This document shows positions 12,356 through 23,700 of a DNA stretch of 39,830 nucleotides, piece by piece (positions within the stretch are counted from its first letter, which is position 1; each line of letters starts with the position of its first letter). The notes under the pieces were generated by a model. The model was not told the origin of the DNA. It did no database searches and was given only the letters and a program-made list of their open reading frames with translations. The position numbers and the translations under genes were made by a program. Where the stretch lies: NCBI GenBank assembly GCA_009602735.1, contig WELA01003517.1, positions 304,900 to 344,729 on the forward strand, given 5' to 3'. The stretch is from Mesotaenium endlicherianum. Its lineage: Eukaryota.

Positions 12356-13933
12356 TTAATCATGTTCCCTTTCAGCGTCACCTTCACCTTCGTCACTTTC
12401 AGCTTTTGAGACATCTGCGGTACCTGCCTCCTTCAGTCTCTTGGCAATCTCATGAGCTGTATTAAATACCCCATTGGTTGGCTTGTTGCATACGTAACAG
12501 TTCTTGTTCCTTGCATTGTGCTGCACATATGCAACAATTTGTTACAAAAGCACAAATCAGCACTTGCCAGCAGCAAATAAAGAGTATGCATCCTTGCCAA
12601 CGTAAAACAATGATAAGACACGATAGACAGCCTAAGATAACCCATCATAAAAACTTTGAACCAGACATTGCTGAAGCAGCTGAAAACTCAGGACAACCAA
12701 GAAGCATGCTAAACCTGCGCACAGCCACGGGTTTTGAAAAGGCACACCGCGTTGCAATTTCGCAAAGGCAAAAGTGTCCTAACAAAGAATCAACGGTGGT
12801 AGACGTCCTGCTATTTTCCACCCGTATGATCATCAACTTACAATTGTTCCAGGAGGGTCAGGACCTCCTACAAGCTGGTTAGAGACATGAATGACAAAAG
12901 CGACATGTACAAGCCGCAGAGCAGATAATATCATACCTTTAATGCACAGTGTTCACAAAAGTAATGCTTGCACCTCGTGACAACTGGTTCAACAAAGGGC
13001 TTCCGACATATAAAGCAGGCAAAAGGCAGCTCCTTATCATCGTCTGAATCCTCTTCTTCAACTCCCTCGCCTTCCACAATGCCCCGAGCAAGCAGTTGCT
13101 TCTTCCTTTTCTCCTTCTCATCCCAATCCTTTTCTAACTGCCAACCTGACTTGTAGTCGCCTCTGTCATGCATGAACTTGCAGGCATCACCATAACCACA
13201 GTACCCTGTCTCCTTATAGTCCTTACATATATCTGGTTGGTAGTCAAACCTAACTGAATAACGTATATGCTGAGAGGCTCTTAAGGGTCCATGAGCTCCA
13301 GACGATTTTTCACTAGCAACTGTATGTTCCCGCCTGAAACCTGCAGTGTGATCCTTGTACCCATGCACACCCCGGTATATGTTGTCTTCTGATTTATTTC
13401 CATTTAAGGCCTCCTCAGCCTGCTTCAGAACCCTTTCTCTTATGGCTCTTGCATCTTTGTCATACTCAGTCTCAGTCTCCAGAACAGCTGTCGCTCGGCT
13501 GTCATTTTGTGTCTGAACTTGCCTAGATGACTCATATGCAAAAGCCGGCCTTTTCTCCTCCACTACTACTTCACCCTTCTTAGTAACGCCCGTCCCTGTA
13601 CTGAAGCTCATACTTCCCTCTCCAACTCTCTGAATTTTGGATTTCTGAAGGGCAACACCATCTTTGCTCGGCTCTGCTTCATCTTCTACAGGGCGACGTC
13701 GCATGTTTTTCCCTTTGAGACTTTTCTTGAAAAAAGAGACGCCTGCAGGCAACCAAAACGGAAACGACTTCAGCATGACTACAAAGTCCTGAACAAGTAA
13801 AATTTTGTGCAATAATCATAAACAATCGACTTAAGACGAACATAGAGGATGGCTTGTCTTTGATAGTCTTGGATGAAGGCAGACCTTCTGAAGACATCTC
13901 TCCTGAAGGAGGTGCATCTGTGTCAGCTCCCAT
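12356..13933 (-). CDS. RNF113A: RING finger protein 113A / Cwc24 spliceosomal CCCH + RING protein (3 exons)
   Basis: Exons 13933-13885, 13742-12937, 12520-12356 (TAA) join in frame. Motifs: [52 protein letters not shown] (CCCH) and [53 protein letters not shown] (RING). Confidence 0.95.
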
Positions 13934-14787
13934 GGTCTTTCCCAGTACACGCGGCTTCTAAGAAGTTCAAGAAGTAGCCTCGATATCTGAAGTAGTCCTA
14001 TAATAAAGCTATGTTAAAGCTGCAGACTCAAATTCTCATCGGAACGGGCTGGTGAATTTCCTGACAGCCAGAAGCTCCTTCTGATGCACTAGTGTTTCGT
14101 AATCAAGATGAAAATTATTATGAGAGCAACCATGCAAATAAAAATTATGAGGCCTCTTGTCGCTGTCGAGCAAACTGCACTACCATTTCGAACAGTCATA
14201 TCCAAGCACAAACAATGAATAATTTATCTCTCCAAATATTGTTTTATCTTTTTTCTAAAATAGGAATATATATACTAATCTGTAATCTTTTGTCAATAAA
14301 TACCGTTTCATTATGACATCAAAATTGTGAATGTAAGAATTCTGGAATTTAAGATGTCAAATATATACAAATAAATACATACTGCACACCATCTCACTTT
14401 TACATCTTTATAACTATCAAATTACATCGTTCTCTTCTCAATTCTGGCAAGCGACCCTTCCGTATGACACTTTCCTGCACCAGCCGTTATGGCGGTGCTA
14501 AAATCCAAGCGATTAGGCCAAATTTGGAGATGTACACACTTCCGTCGTACATAATCGTCACCGGTGCGCAACAAGTTTCGCTTCAACAAAGACGAATCAG
14601 CATGTCGCTTGCCAATTAAAGAGGCAGCAGTTCGTGAATCGAGTGCCTAAAGTAATTTACACCTTGCACATATACAAATCGTGTTATTGAATGAGCACGG
14701 TATACAAAATCGTGTTATTGAATCAGCACGGAGTGGCCAGTCTGAGAAGAACGAGCATGTCACGTGCAATCTTTTGTTACGAAAGCC
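13934..14787. promoter_or_regulatory. Probable bidirectional promoter region between divergent RNF113A and DExH helicase genes
   Basis: About 850 bp between head-to-head start codons, with an AT-rich core (~14200-14430), a 30/31-bp tandem duplication at 14671-14731 and a CACGTG G-box at 14761. Confidence 0.6.
14671..14731. repeat. Two-copy 30/31-bp direct tandem repeat
   Basis: tatacaaatcgtgttattgaatgagcacgg followed immediately by tatacaaaatcgtgttattgaatcagcacgg. Confidence 0.9.
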
Positions 14788-17700
14788 ATGAAGAAAGCGC
14801 AAGCTAAAGCGCGCAAACATATATACAGCTCCGGTTTGGCGGGATGTGGGGGGAAAGCTGAACCAACCAATGCTAAAAACGCAGGCCAAGTGTGTTGCTT
14901 CACTCTCCGGATCATTACCGTTTGTGATTGAGAATAGAATTTTGTCGTCTTAGAAAGTCTTACTGCACCTTTGTCTCCTTGACACTACCAAGGATTGCAG
15001 TTGCTACAACTATTAACAACTTTCGATTTATTGACAATTGGTGGAGGAGATTTGGTGATGATTGGTCATCTGAGCTCAGTCTGACTCATATGTCAATGCT
15101 TGTTCGTTGCTGCAGCCGCTACCATGCCCTTTCTGTGATAGGATATTCAAACAAGATGGGCGTCTAAAAGAGCACCTGAAGTCCAAGCATGCTGACCAGG
15201 CGGAGCAAGACGGTGCAGATGCAGGCAAGCCAGATGTTGGAGCATCCAATGGAGTCACAGCATTACCGCTGCAGCCGGATGCTCAAAAGTCAGTCTATGC
15301 TGTCAAGACTCCAAAGGCCCTCCTCAGCGAGTGGTGCCAGAAGAACAAACGGCCAACGCCTCGGTACAAACATGTGAGCTTCCATTGTAGCTGGAGGTAG
15401 CAACCAATCATGGTCTTCTCCCGACTGAGAGTGAGAGGTGTGGAGTGGTGTGCCTTGCGTTTGACTGAAGTTTGACTTCAAGCATTAGGCAAGAGGAGGA
15501 GTCAAGCAACCAGGGTATGTCGTGCTTTCGCCGCCTGGCATGCCCACCAGCACTCTGCCAGCCAATAAACAAGTCCAGGCAAGACACGAGGCCAGACGCA
15601 GTGGCTGAATGTCAGGCTGAGACAGCTGTCAGCTTATACTTCTTCTGCCCGTCCTCCTCTCACGAGTCTCACGGGGCTGACCTCTATCTGCGCGGAGGCG
15701 AGGGGGGGCGCAGGTGGAGGTGGAGGGAGGCTTTCACTGCAGGCTGGTGCTGCCAGATCCCAGAGACAGCACCAACGACACCATCATGTGGTACCGGGAG
15801 CAGGCTGCTCCGTCGTCGCAGGATGCTCACGATCGTGTGGCTGTCATGGGACTGCACTGGGTGCAGGGTGATCGCAGGTGGGTTGCTGCACTGCTTGTCG
15901 CACGACGCGCGTGCTTCACCCCTCTTTCCTCTGACTTGCCACTTGCGGAGATTGGCAGGGGCTCTAGCTTCTGCTTGCTGGAGGAGCCTGGCAGAATCGG
16001 GAGCCAGGGGAGCCCCTCCCCCTCCTACCCCACCTTGACTCCTGCTGCTACCACGCCTCCTGCTGTCATTGCTGCTGCTGTTGCCACTGCTGCTGCTAAG
16101 GCGGCTGCTGCTGCTGCAAGGCCTGCTGCTCAAGCTGGCTCTTTTGTGTCAGACAGATGCATGCATGCGCCCCAACAGAGGGCGACGAGAGGAGCTGGGT
16201 GCATGAGGAGACTTCCGCCCTTGCTGCTCCGCCGTACGCTCTCCCTCCGCCGTTGCCAGACTCTGAGCAAGTGGGCGTGTGCATGTGCATGTGCATGTGT
16301 ATGTGCGTGCATTGTGTGGGCATGTGTGTGCGTGCGTGCCCGTGCGCGCTGCCAGGCTGGACCGCGTGCTGGGGGAGAAGTACCGGCAGCAGTGGCGGGA
16401 GCTGGACGAGGCCAGCGCGGAGCGCAAGCAGCGGGACGAGCGGCGGCGCGAGCGCGAGCAGCAGCAGCAGCAGCGCTGCAAGCGGCTGGGCGCGCGCCGC
16501 GAGCTCCAGGCCGTCTTCATGAGCGACGAGAATCGCCGCATCGTCGAGGGCCTCCTCCGCGGGGGCGACGCCGCTGCTGAGCTGGCTCACGGGGAGGGCT
16601 CCGCCAGCTCCCTGCTGACGCGGGGCCTGCGGGATGCGGCAGCGGCGGCTGGGGAGGAGGGGGAGGAGGGACCCGGTGAGATGGACGACTGGGATGGCAT
16701 CGACATGGACGACGAGGATTACGATGACCTGGCACTTGATGCCACGGGGCAGGTGGAGGGTGAGGATGGGGAGGGGAGCGAGGCGGAGGGCGACGGCGAG
16801 GTGGAGGGGGAGGGTGAGGAGGTGGATGAGGAGAGTGACGGGGAGGAGCAGGAGCTGGAGCTGGAGGAAGAGGAGGCGGAGGAGGGGGAAGCAGGGTCGA
16901 CGTCCGACGTGCCGCCCAGTGAGAGTGACGGCGAGCTGGATGACTGGGAGCTTCACGATTCAACGGCGGCAGCATCGGCAGCGGCGGCGGCGGTGGCGGA
17001 GGAGGGTGCAGCTACAAGCCAGCCCGGGGGGGCTGCTAGCACGCGAGGCGGACGAGGAGCAGGAGCGCTACGGGGAAGAGGGGGGCGCAGGGGAGGCACA
17101 GACCAACAGGTGACGGAGGCGGCAGCCCCCTCCTCGTCCTCCCCAGGATCGGCCGACGCGCTGTGTGCGCAGCTCCTGGGCCTGGGCTTCCGCGAGGCCG
17201 ACGTGAAAAGGGCCCTGCGCGAGTGCCCGAGGGAGGGCGGCGCGGGCGGCGCACTCGACTGGCTGGTGCTGCACGCGCGCGAGGAGGATCTGCCGGCCCG
17301 GTATGCGCCGGACGCGTCCCAGTCCGCCGTGCGCGTGCTCGTGCCGGGGGGGGGGGGGCAGCAGGGGGTGCCCGGGCCCAGGCCCACGGGGGAGCGCTTG
17401 AAGCAGGCGGTGGCGCGGCTGCAGGCGTATGGGTACTCGGCCTCGGCCGCCAGCTCAGCGCTGTTCTCGGCCAACGGCAGCGAGGCAGACGCCCTCTGCA
17501 GGCTGTACGAGGAGCTGGCAGGTGGCGTCGCGACGGCGGCGGCGGAGAGCAAGGACGGGGGCGGGGAGGGCAGGGGGAAGGGAAGGAGGGCGCTGGCGGC
17601 GGCGATGGCGGCGGGGGAGGAGGAGCTGAAGGAGATGCGGGCGGAGGAGCGCGTGGCGCTGGATGCGATCTACGGCGAGGACGCCGTGTGCGTCTCGGAC

Positions 17701-20700
17701 GAACGCGTCGCTCTCCGGCTGCCACTTGGCGCCGACAAGAAGGAAACGCTGACGCTCGAGGTGAGGGCGGACGGGCAGGCGGGCGGGAGGGGGAGAGAGA
17801 GGGAGGGGGGAAGAGCTGTGGTTGAGGTGTTCAGTGGGACATTCCTTCACCCTCGCTTCACTCTGTGAGGGGAACACGTAAGTGACCGATGATAACATCG
17901 ATGTGCTGAAATCAGGGACGCACGCGCACTGGATGCTGCGAACTCTTGAGAGTAGAACTGGACGCTGTACCTCCGTGCACCCAGCGCCCTGCAGCGCTGC
18001 TTGTGGGCCTTGCTGGCCGGTCTGTGCGCTCAGGAGCATGGGCGTAGGTGAGGGTGTGACAGCCACGCACGCACACGCACGCACACGCGCGCACCACACG
18101 CACACACCTGCACACTCTCACACGCACCCCACCCATTTAACCCCTCGAAGTGAGATCGCTGTGTGGCTGTCTCAGCCTAGCTCTTGTTTTCAATCCTGCA
18201 TTCAAGGTATTACTTGCTGGTGTGCGCTGCAGGCCTAGGCCCCCTTAATGCACCACCCCCCTCTCTTCCCCTCCCCTTTTGGGTTGGAGTGAGAATTTGA
18301 ACCCCCTCTTGTTACTCATGTGCCCTGTCGCTGATAGGCTCTCTTCCCCGCCACGTGTCGCTACCCGGAGGAGCCGCCCGTGATCGCCCTCAGCGCCCGA
18401 GCACTGCCAGCTGTCGCCCTGCAGAAGCTCACGCAGGCTGCCGCCGCGCAAGCGTGGCGCTGCGCCGGCAGCTGCATGCTGTACGAGATCGCTTGCTCCG
18501 TCACCGAGGACGCCGCCGCCATGTGGGCCCTCTACGCCTCACAGGCCCCTCCCTCCTCCTCTGGCCCAGGGCACAGAGTCAGAGCAGGCGGAGCAGGAGG
18601 TGGTGGAGGAGGAGGAGGAGGAGGAGGAGGAGCAGGAGGAGGCGCAGGCTCAGGCAGAGCTCACCGCCATGGTAAGGGGCAGCCCGCTCGCAGCAGCCAT
18701 AGGGACCGTGGCTTCTCCCGCAAGGAGCCCCCCCTCCCCTCAGGCTTTCCTGCCCCCGCCCCTGCCCCTGCCACTTCCCCTATCCCCGCCCTCGCCGCTT
18801 CTTCGCTCTCCCTGGCGATCCCGGCGCTGCCGAGGTCGCTCTCGCTCAACAGCGAGGGGCTGGCCTCGCCGCGCACGCCGGGCGGCAAGAGCCCGTACCT
18901 GCCGCCCGGCGTGCTTCGCACCATGTCAGGGCGGCTGGCGGAGGAGGCCCTGCTTGCGGCTGTGACAGGTGGCAGTGCCGCCTCGCTCGACAGCACTGGC
19001 GGCCTCTCGGGGAGCCCCCTGTCACGGAGCTCCAGCCTGTCTGGGCGGCATGCCGAGGTGCTCCGTGGCAGTGACAGCTGGCACCCGCCCGCCAAGGCCA
19101 AGCCTGTGAGCGCCGCGGCACGCGCCGAGAGCAGGCGGTTGTCGGAGGAGTGGACCAGGTGGCGCAAGGAGCCACGCACGCAGGAGATGAGGCGCACGAG
19201 AGAGAAGCTGCCGGCCTTCAAGGAGCGTGCAGCGCTGCTGGCGGCCGTCGCCAGGTGTCCAGTCACGGTCGTTTGCGGCCAGACAGGATGCGGAAAGAGC
19301 ACGCAGGTCCCCCTCCTCTCTCCTCCCTCTTCCTAGCCTCCCCCCCTGCACGCGCCCCCTTTCTACCCAGGCTGGCTGCCCAAACTCTGCCCAAGTCCTG
19401 AGCCTGACACCTGGCTGGCCCGACTGGTCGCCTGCTGAGTGGTTGAGTAGCTGATGAGGCATTTCACCTTCTACCCTGAGCCTGGCAGGCTAGCTGATAA
19501 CTCACCCCCTACCTCCCCAGGCCATGCCTGCCACAGCCAGTTCGCTTGTACTTCAGCTGCTAGTGGCTTTTGCTGTGGAGGAGTCAGCTTTGCCAGCTGG
19601 TTGGGCGTTGATTCATGGGCCATACGAAGTGCCTCCACCGTTGCTTCCTCTGGGCTCCAACTATTGCGATGATCCTATCACGGCGGGTACTGTGCGTCAC
19701 AGGTAGCGGAGGGATGGTGTCCCGTGCCTGACCATTTGTGCTCCCTCCCTCCCTCCCTCCCTCCCCCTCTCTCTTGCCCTCCCTCCTTCACTCCCTGCCT
19801 CACTTCCTCCCTCCGCCCCTCCCTTTCTCCCTCCCTCCCTCTGCTTCTCCCCCTCCCCCTCCTCTCCCCCTCCTCCTTTGAGCCTCCTCCTCCGCCCTCA
19901 TCCGCCTCGTCCTCCTCCTCCGCCTCCTCTGCCTCCTCCTCCTCTTCCTACTCCTCTTCCACCTCCTCCTCGTCCTCCTTCTGCAGTGCATCACCTATGC
20001 GTGTACATGTACACTTGATGAAATCGCGTGCACCAATTGAACGTACATGTGTACAAGAGAGTCCTCAGATCAATAGCGAGTCTTTTATGATTTAACTGAT
20101 TAGAAATATCGACCTTCACTGGAGGATGCGGGCATCCTTGCAGCCCTGACGTAGGACGTCTCTTGCGTGCCAGTTGTTATACTGTTGCACATCCTGATGG
20201 GTCTGGTGTCTCACCAACATGATTGGATTTCTGGTTTCCATAAGTCGACCTCCGTGGGCTTCTATGCATCAAGTGGGAGATCAACGATACAAGTCAAGAA
20301 CAAGTTCTTCCCGCAAGTATGCTTCCCGTCGAGTCGATTCCGTGGGATGATGTGGCTATCCTCGTGCGGCCCTTTGAGCAACTGCCACGTGTCACGTGCA
20401 CAAGTATGTCCCATGCGTCGTCTGCAGCTCGCCTCCTGCTGCCTGCTGCTCGTCGACTGCCGCTAGCTGCTCGCCTTCTGCACTGCTTCGTGGGCACCAG
20501 GTGGCAGAAGCACGCTCTCTCTCGCTGCTACCTTTCTGCTTGCTCCCCCTTCGCCCCTTGCATCCCAGTTGCGCAGTTCCCCGATCGCACCCGGCCGATG
20601 ATTCTCGTGCATGCCTGTAACAAGAACTTCTCCTGCTCTCGCTGTCCTGTCTCCTCCCGGCCCTTCTCTTCCTGCAGCTCCACTACAGAGTGTCGCACTG

Positions 20701-23700
20701 GGGCACCGACCCGAGCTCGCTGGGCTGCTACACGTACGACCGCGTGGGCAAGGCCGCTGACGTGTACGACCGCCTGCGCGCGCCCCTGGAGCCGCTCTTC
20801 TTCGCGGGCGAGGCCACCTCGCGCGATTTCCCGGGCACCGTGCACGGCGCGTACGCCACGGGCCTGCGCGCGGCCGAGGAGTGCCGCCACATGCTCGCCG
20901 CCTCGTCCGCGTTTGCCGACTTCCAGCTCTTCGCGCCCGCCTCCGCCAAGGAGATTGGCGCCGCCGACGCGATGCTCATGCCGCTCCAGATCTCGCGCAT
21001 GTAGGCGGCTGGCTGCCTGGCTGGTGGCCGGGCGTCTGCATGCAATTTGGCTTGCCGGCTGGCCGGCTGGCCGGCCGGGTAGCTAGGCTCGCGGACAGCG
21101 GGTGCTTTATGATTGGCTCTGGCAATTGTCTTGGTGNTCCGGTTGGTTGCTTTATCTTGCCTACTGGTGAACATTGTCAATGCCCCCGCCTTCAGCAAAA
21201 CAGCCTCCCTCCACGCCGACTTGCAGCCACGGCTGCTGCTCACAGGCCCACCAATGGGGCGTGCTGCACGCAACCTCCGTTGGATGAGGTGAGGAGATGA
21301 TGCTGCTGCAAGTGCTGCAGCTGCTGCTGGTGCTCCTTCTGCTGCTGCTGCTGCTGCTACTCAGGGTCTGGGGCCTACTGAACAGGGAGTTGTGTGTTGT
21401 ACGCTTGTGTGTGTGTGCGTGTGTGTGTGCGTGTGCGGGTGTGTGTGTGCGTGTGTGTATGCGTGTGTGTGTGTGTGCGGGTGTGTGTGTGCGTGTTTGT
21501 CTATCTGTCGGACGATGTTGACGGTGAGGAATCAGGTGGGGTACTCCATCCGGCTGGAGAGCAAGAGGAGCGAGCGCACGCGCCTGCTCTTCTGCACCAC
21601 CGGCATCCTGCTGCGCCGCCTCCTCTCGGATCCGGAGCTCCAGGGCCTGACACATGTCATCGTGGACGAGGTGCACGAGCGCAGCGTGGACGGCGACCTC
21701 CTGCTGCTCCTGCTCAGAGCCCTGCTCCAACGCCAGCTTGCCAGGTGGCCCTCCCTCCCCTGCCGCCACCGTGTGGCCTCTGCAGCTCTCTCGCATGAGT
21801 GTCGTCACTTCAGCCCTCCACACCCCCTTCACTCCACCTGTTGCATACAGTGTGCGTGCGTCTGACAGAGCCACTTCCAACCTTCGGGCTTAAGGGTTAG
21901 GGCTAGATCTAGGCTAACAGTTTGGATTTGGCTTAGGGTTTGGCAGTGCCAAGCTTTGAGAATGTGTTAAACAGGAAGGAGCAAGGCAGAGGGTACTGAT
22001 CTGTTGACGTGCATGGAAGTGCTTCTCCAAGGCAATGGCAAGCCCAGGTCGGGTGAAGGTTGGAAAGAGGAGGGGGGCGGGGCGGGAGAGAGTGGGCTGC
22101 TGAAGTGCTGCGCTCACCATGCTGCCTTTTCCCGTTGCTGTTGCAATCTCGCTTTGGGGGTTGTGCAGGGGCGGCACGACATGCTTGCGAGTCATCCTGA
22201 TGTCAGCCACGGTGGACGCTGACCTGTTTGCCGCCTACTTCAAGGGCGCCATCGGCCGCCCGCCAGGTGTCATCTCCATCCCAGGGTTCACGCACCCTGT
22301 GCGGGAGCTCTTCCTCGAGGACGCCCTGGAGATGACAGGTGTCCGCGTCGGACGGGGCTCCCGGTACGCCAAGAAGGGCCCCCGGAAGGGCCCCGAGAGC
22401 ACGCCAGGTAGCGAGCAAGCGGGGCTCCACGGCAGCACTCCCCAGAGCGCAAGCGTTGCTGAGGACTGGGAGGCAGCGGCTGCCGAAAGCGCGAAGGGCA
22501 ACGGAAACGGGAGCAGAAACGGGAGCGGAAACGGGGACGGGGATGGGAATGGGCCTGCAGAGGAGGAGTACAGCCAGCTGACGGTGCAGTCACTGGCGGC
22601 CGTTGATGAGGAGATGCTGCACTACGAGCTCATCGAGGCTGTGGTGTACCAGATCCTCCAGGACCGCCAGGACAAGGCCCCCGGGGAGAGGTACTTCCCC
22701 CTGGTGCCCCAGCTGGAGGGGGGGCGCACCACTAGCGGGAGAGGGCAAGGGGGCGGCGGAGGAGGAGGGGGAGGCAATGGCAAGGGGAGGAGCGAGGGGC
22801 CAGCTGCCGGGGCCATCCTGGTGTTTCTGCCGGGCATGGCCGAGATTCGGCGCATGCAGAGCACCCTGCAGGGCAGCCGGAGGATCTCGGAGATGACGCC
22901 GCGGCGGGGCCTGTGGGTGCTGCCCCTGCACGGCTCGCTGTCGGCGGAGGAGCAGCGGCGCGTGTTCAACCGGCCGCCAGCTGGCATCACCAAGGTGGTG
23001 CTGGCCACCAACATCGCGGAGACCAGCATCACCATCGACGACGTCGTGTGGGTCCTTCTGCCCGTCCGCCCGTCCGTTTGTCTGCCTGGCTGTGGGGCAC
23101 AGGACTCGTCAGCCTCCCCTCTCCCTTGCCATCTCGCTTGCCGACTCTCCGTCTGGGGGCCTCTGCACCCCAGAAGTCATGTGCGGCCTGTGAAGCACCC
23201 TTCCTGCCCCCGTGCACTTGTTACAGACGACAGGCGGCAAAATGTTGGCTGCGCAGCTGGGTGGGTGTTGTGTGTAGCTGCACCTTGCACATTTGCAAGG
23301 CGTGAAGAAGAGCGCCATGTGTCAGTGGAAGAGGGCAGGAGGCACCCAGAAAGGACGTGCCACTTGGGGTGCCGTGGCGTGCTGGCAAGAGACGTAGGCT
23401 TACTTGGCTTCCGCCCACCAGCTTTACGCCTCCTCTCTCGTCGTGTGCACCGCCTGCCGTCCGTCCTCGTCGCTCAACTCTTCCACGGAGTCCACTAAGA
23501 GTTGCACGCATGCGTGTGTGTGTGTGTGCATGTGCGTGTGTGTGTGTCATGTGCAACAGGTACGTGGTGGACAGCGGGAGGCACAAGGAGATGCAGTACG
23601 AGCACAGCCGCGGCATGGCGTGCCTGCAGGACTCGTGGGTGTCGCAGGCCAGCGCGCAGCAGAGGCGCGGGCGAGCCGGCCGCGTGCAGCCCGGGTGCTG

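Noticed and set aside
14671..14731. 30-bp direct repeats as a CRISPR-like array
   Set aside because: Only two adjacent copies with no spacer, in a eukaryotic context with no cas genes.
21176..21290. [13 protein letters not shown] as the missing helicase motif Ia exon
   Set aside because: Lacks the preceding VPQ.ILE/IICTQ context and the following RVA.ER, and codon usage is intron-like; probably chance.
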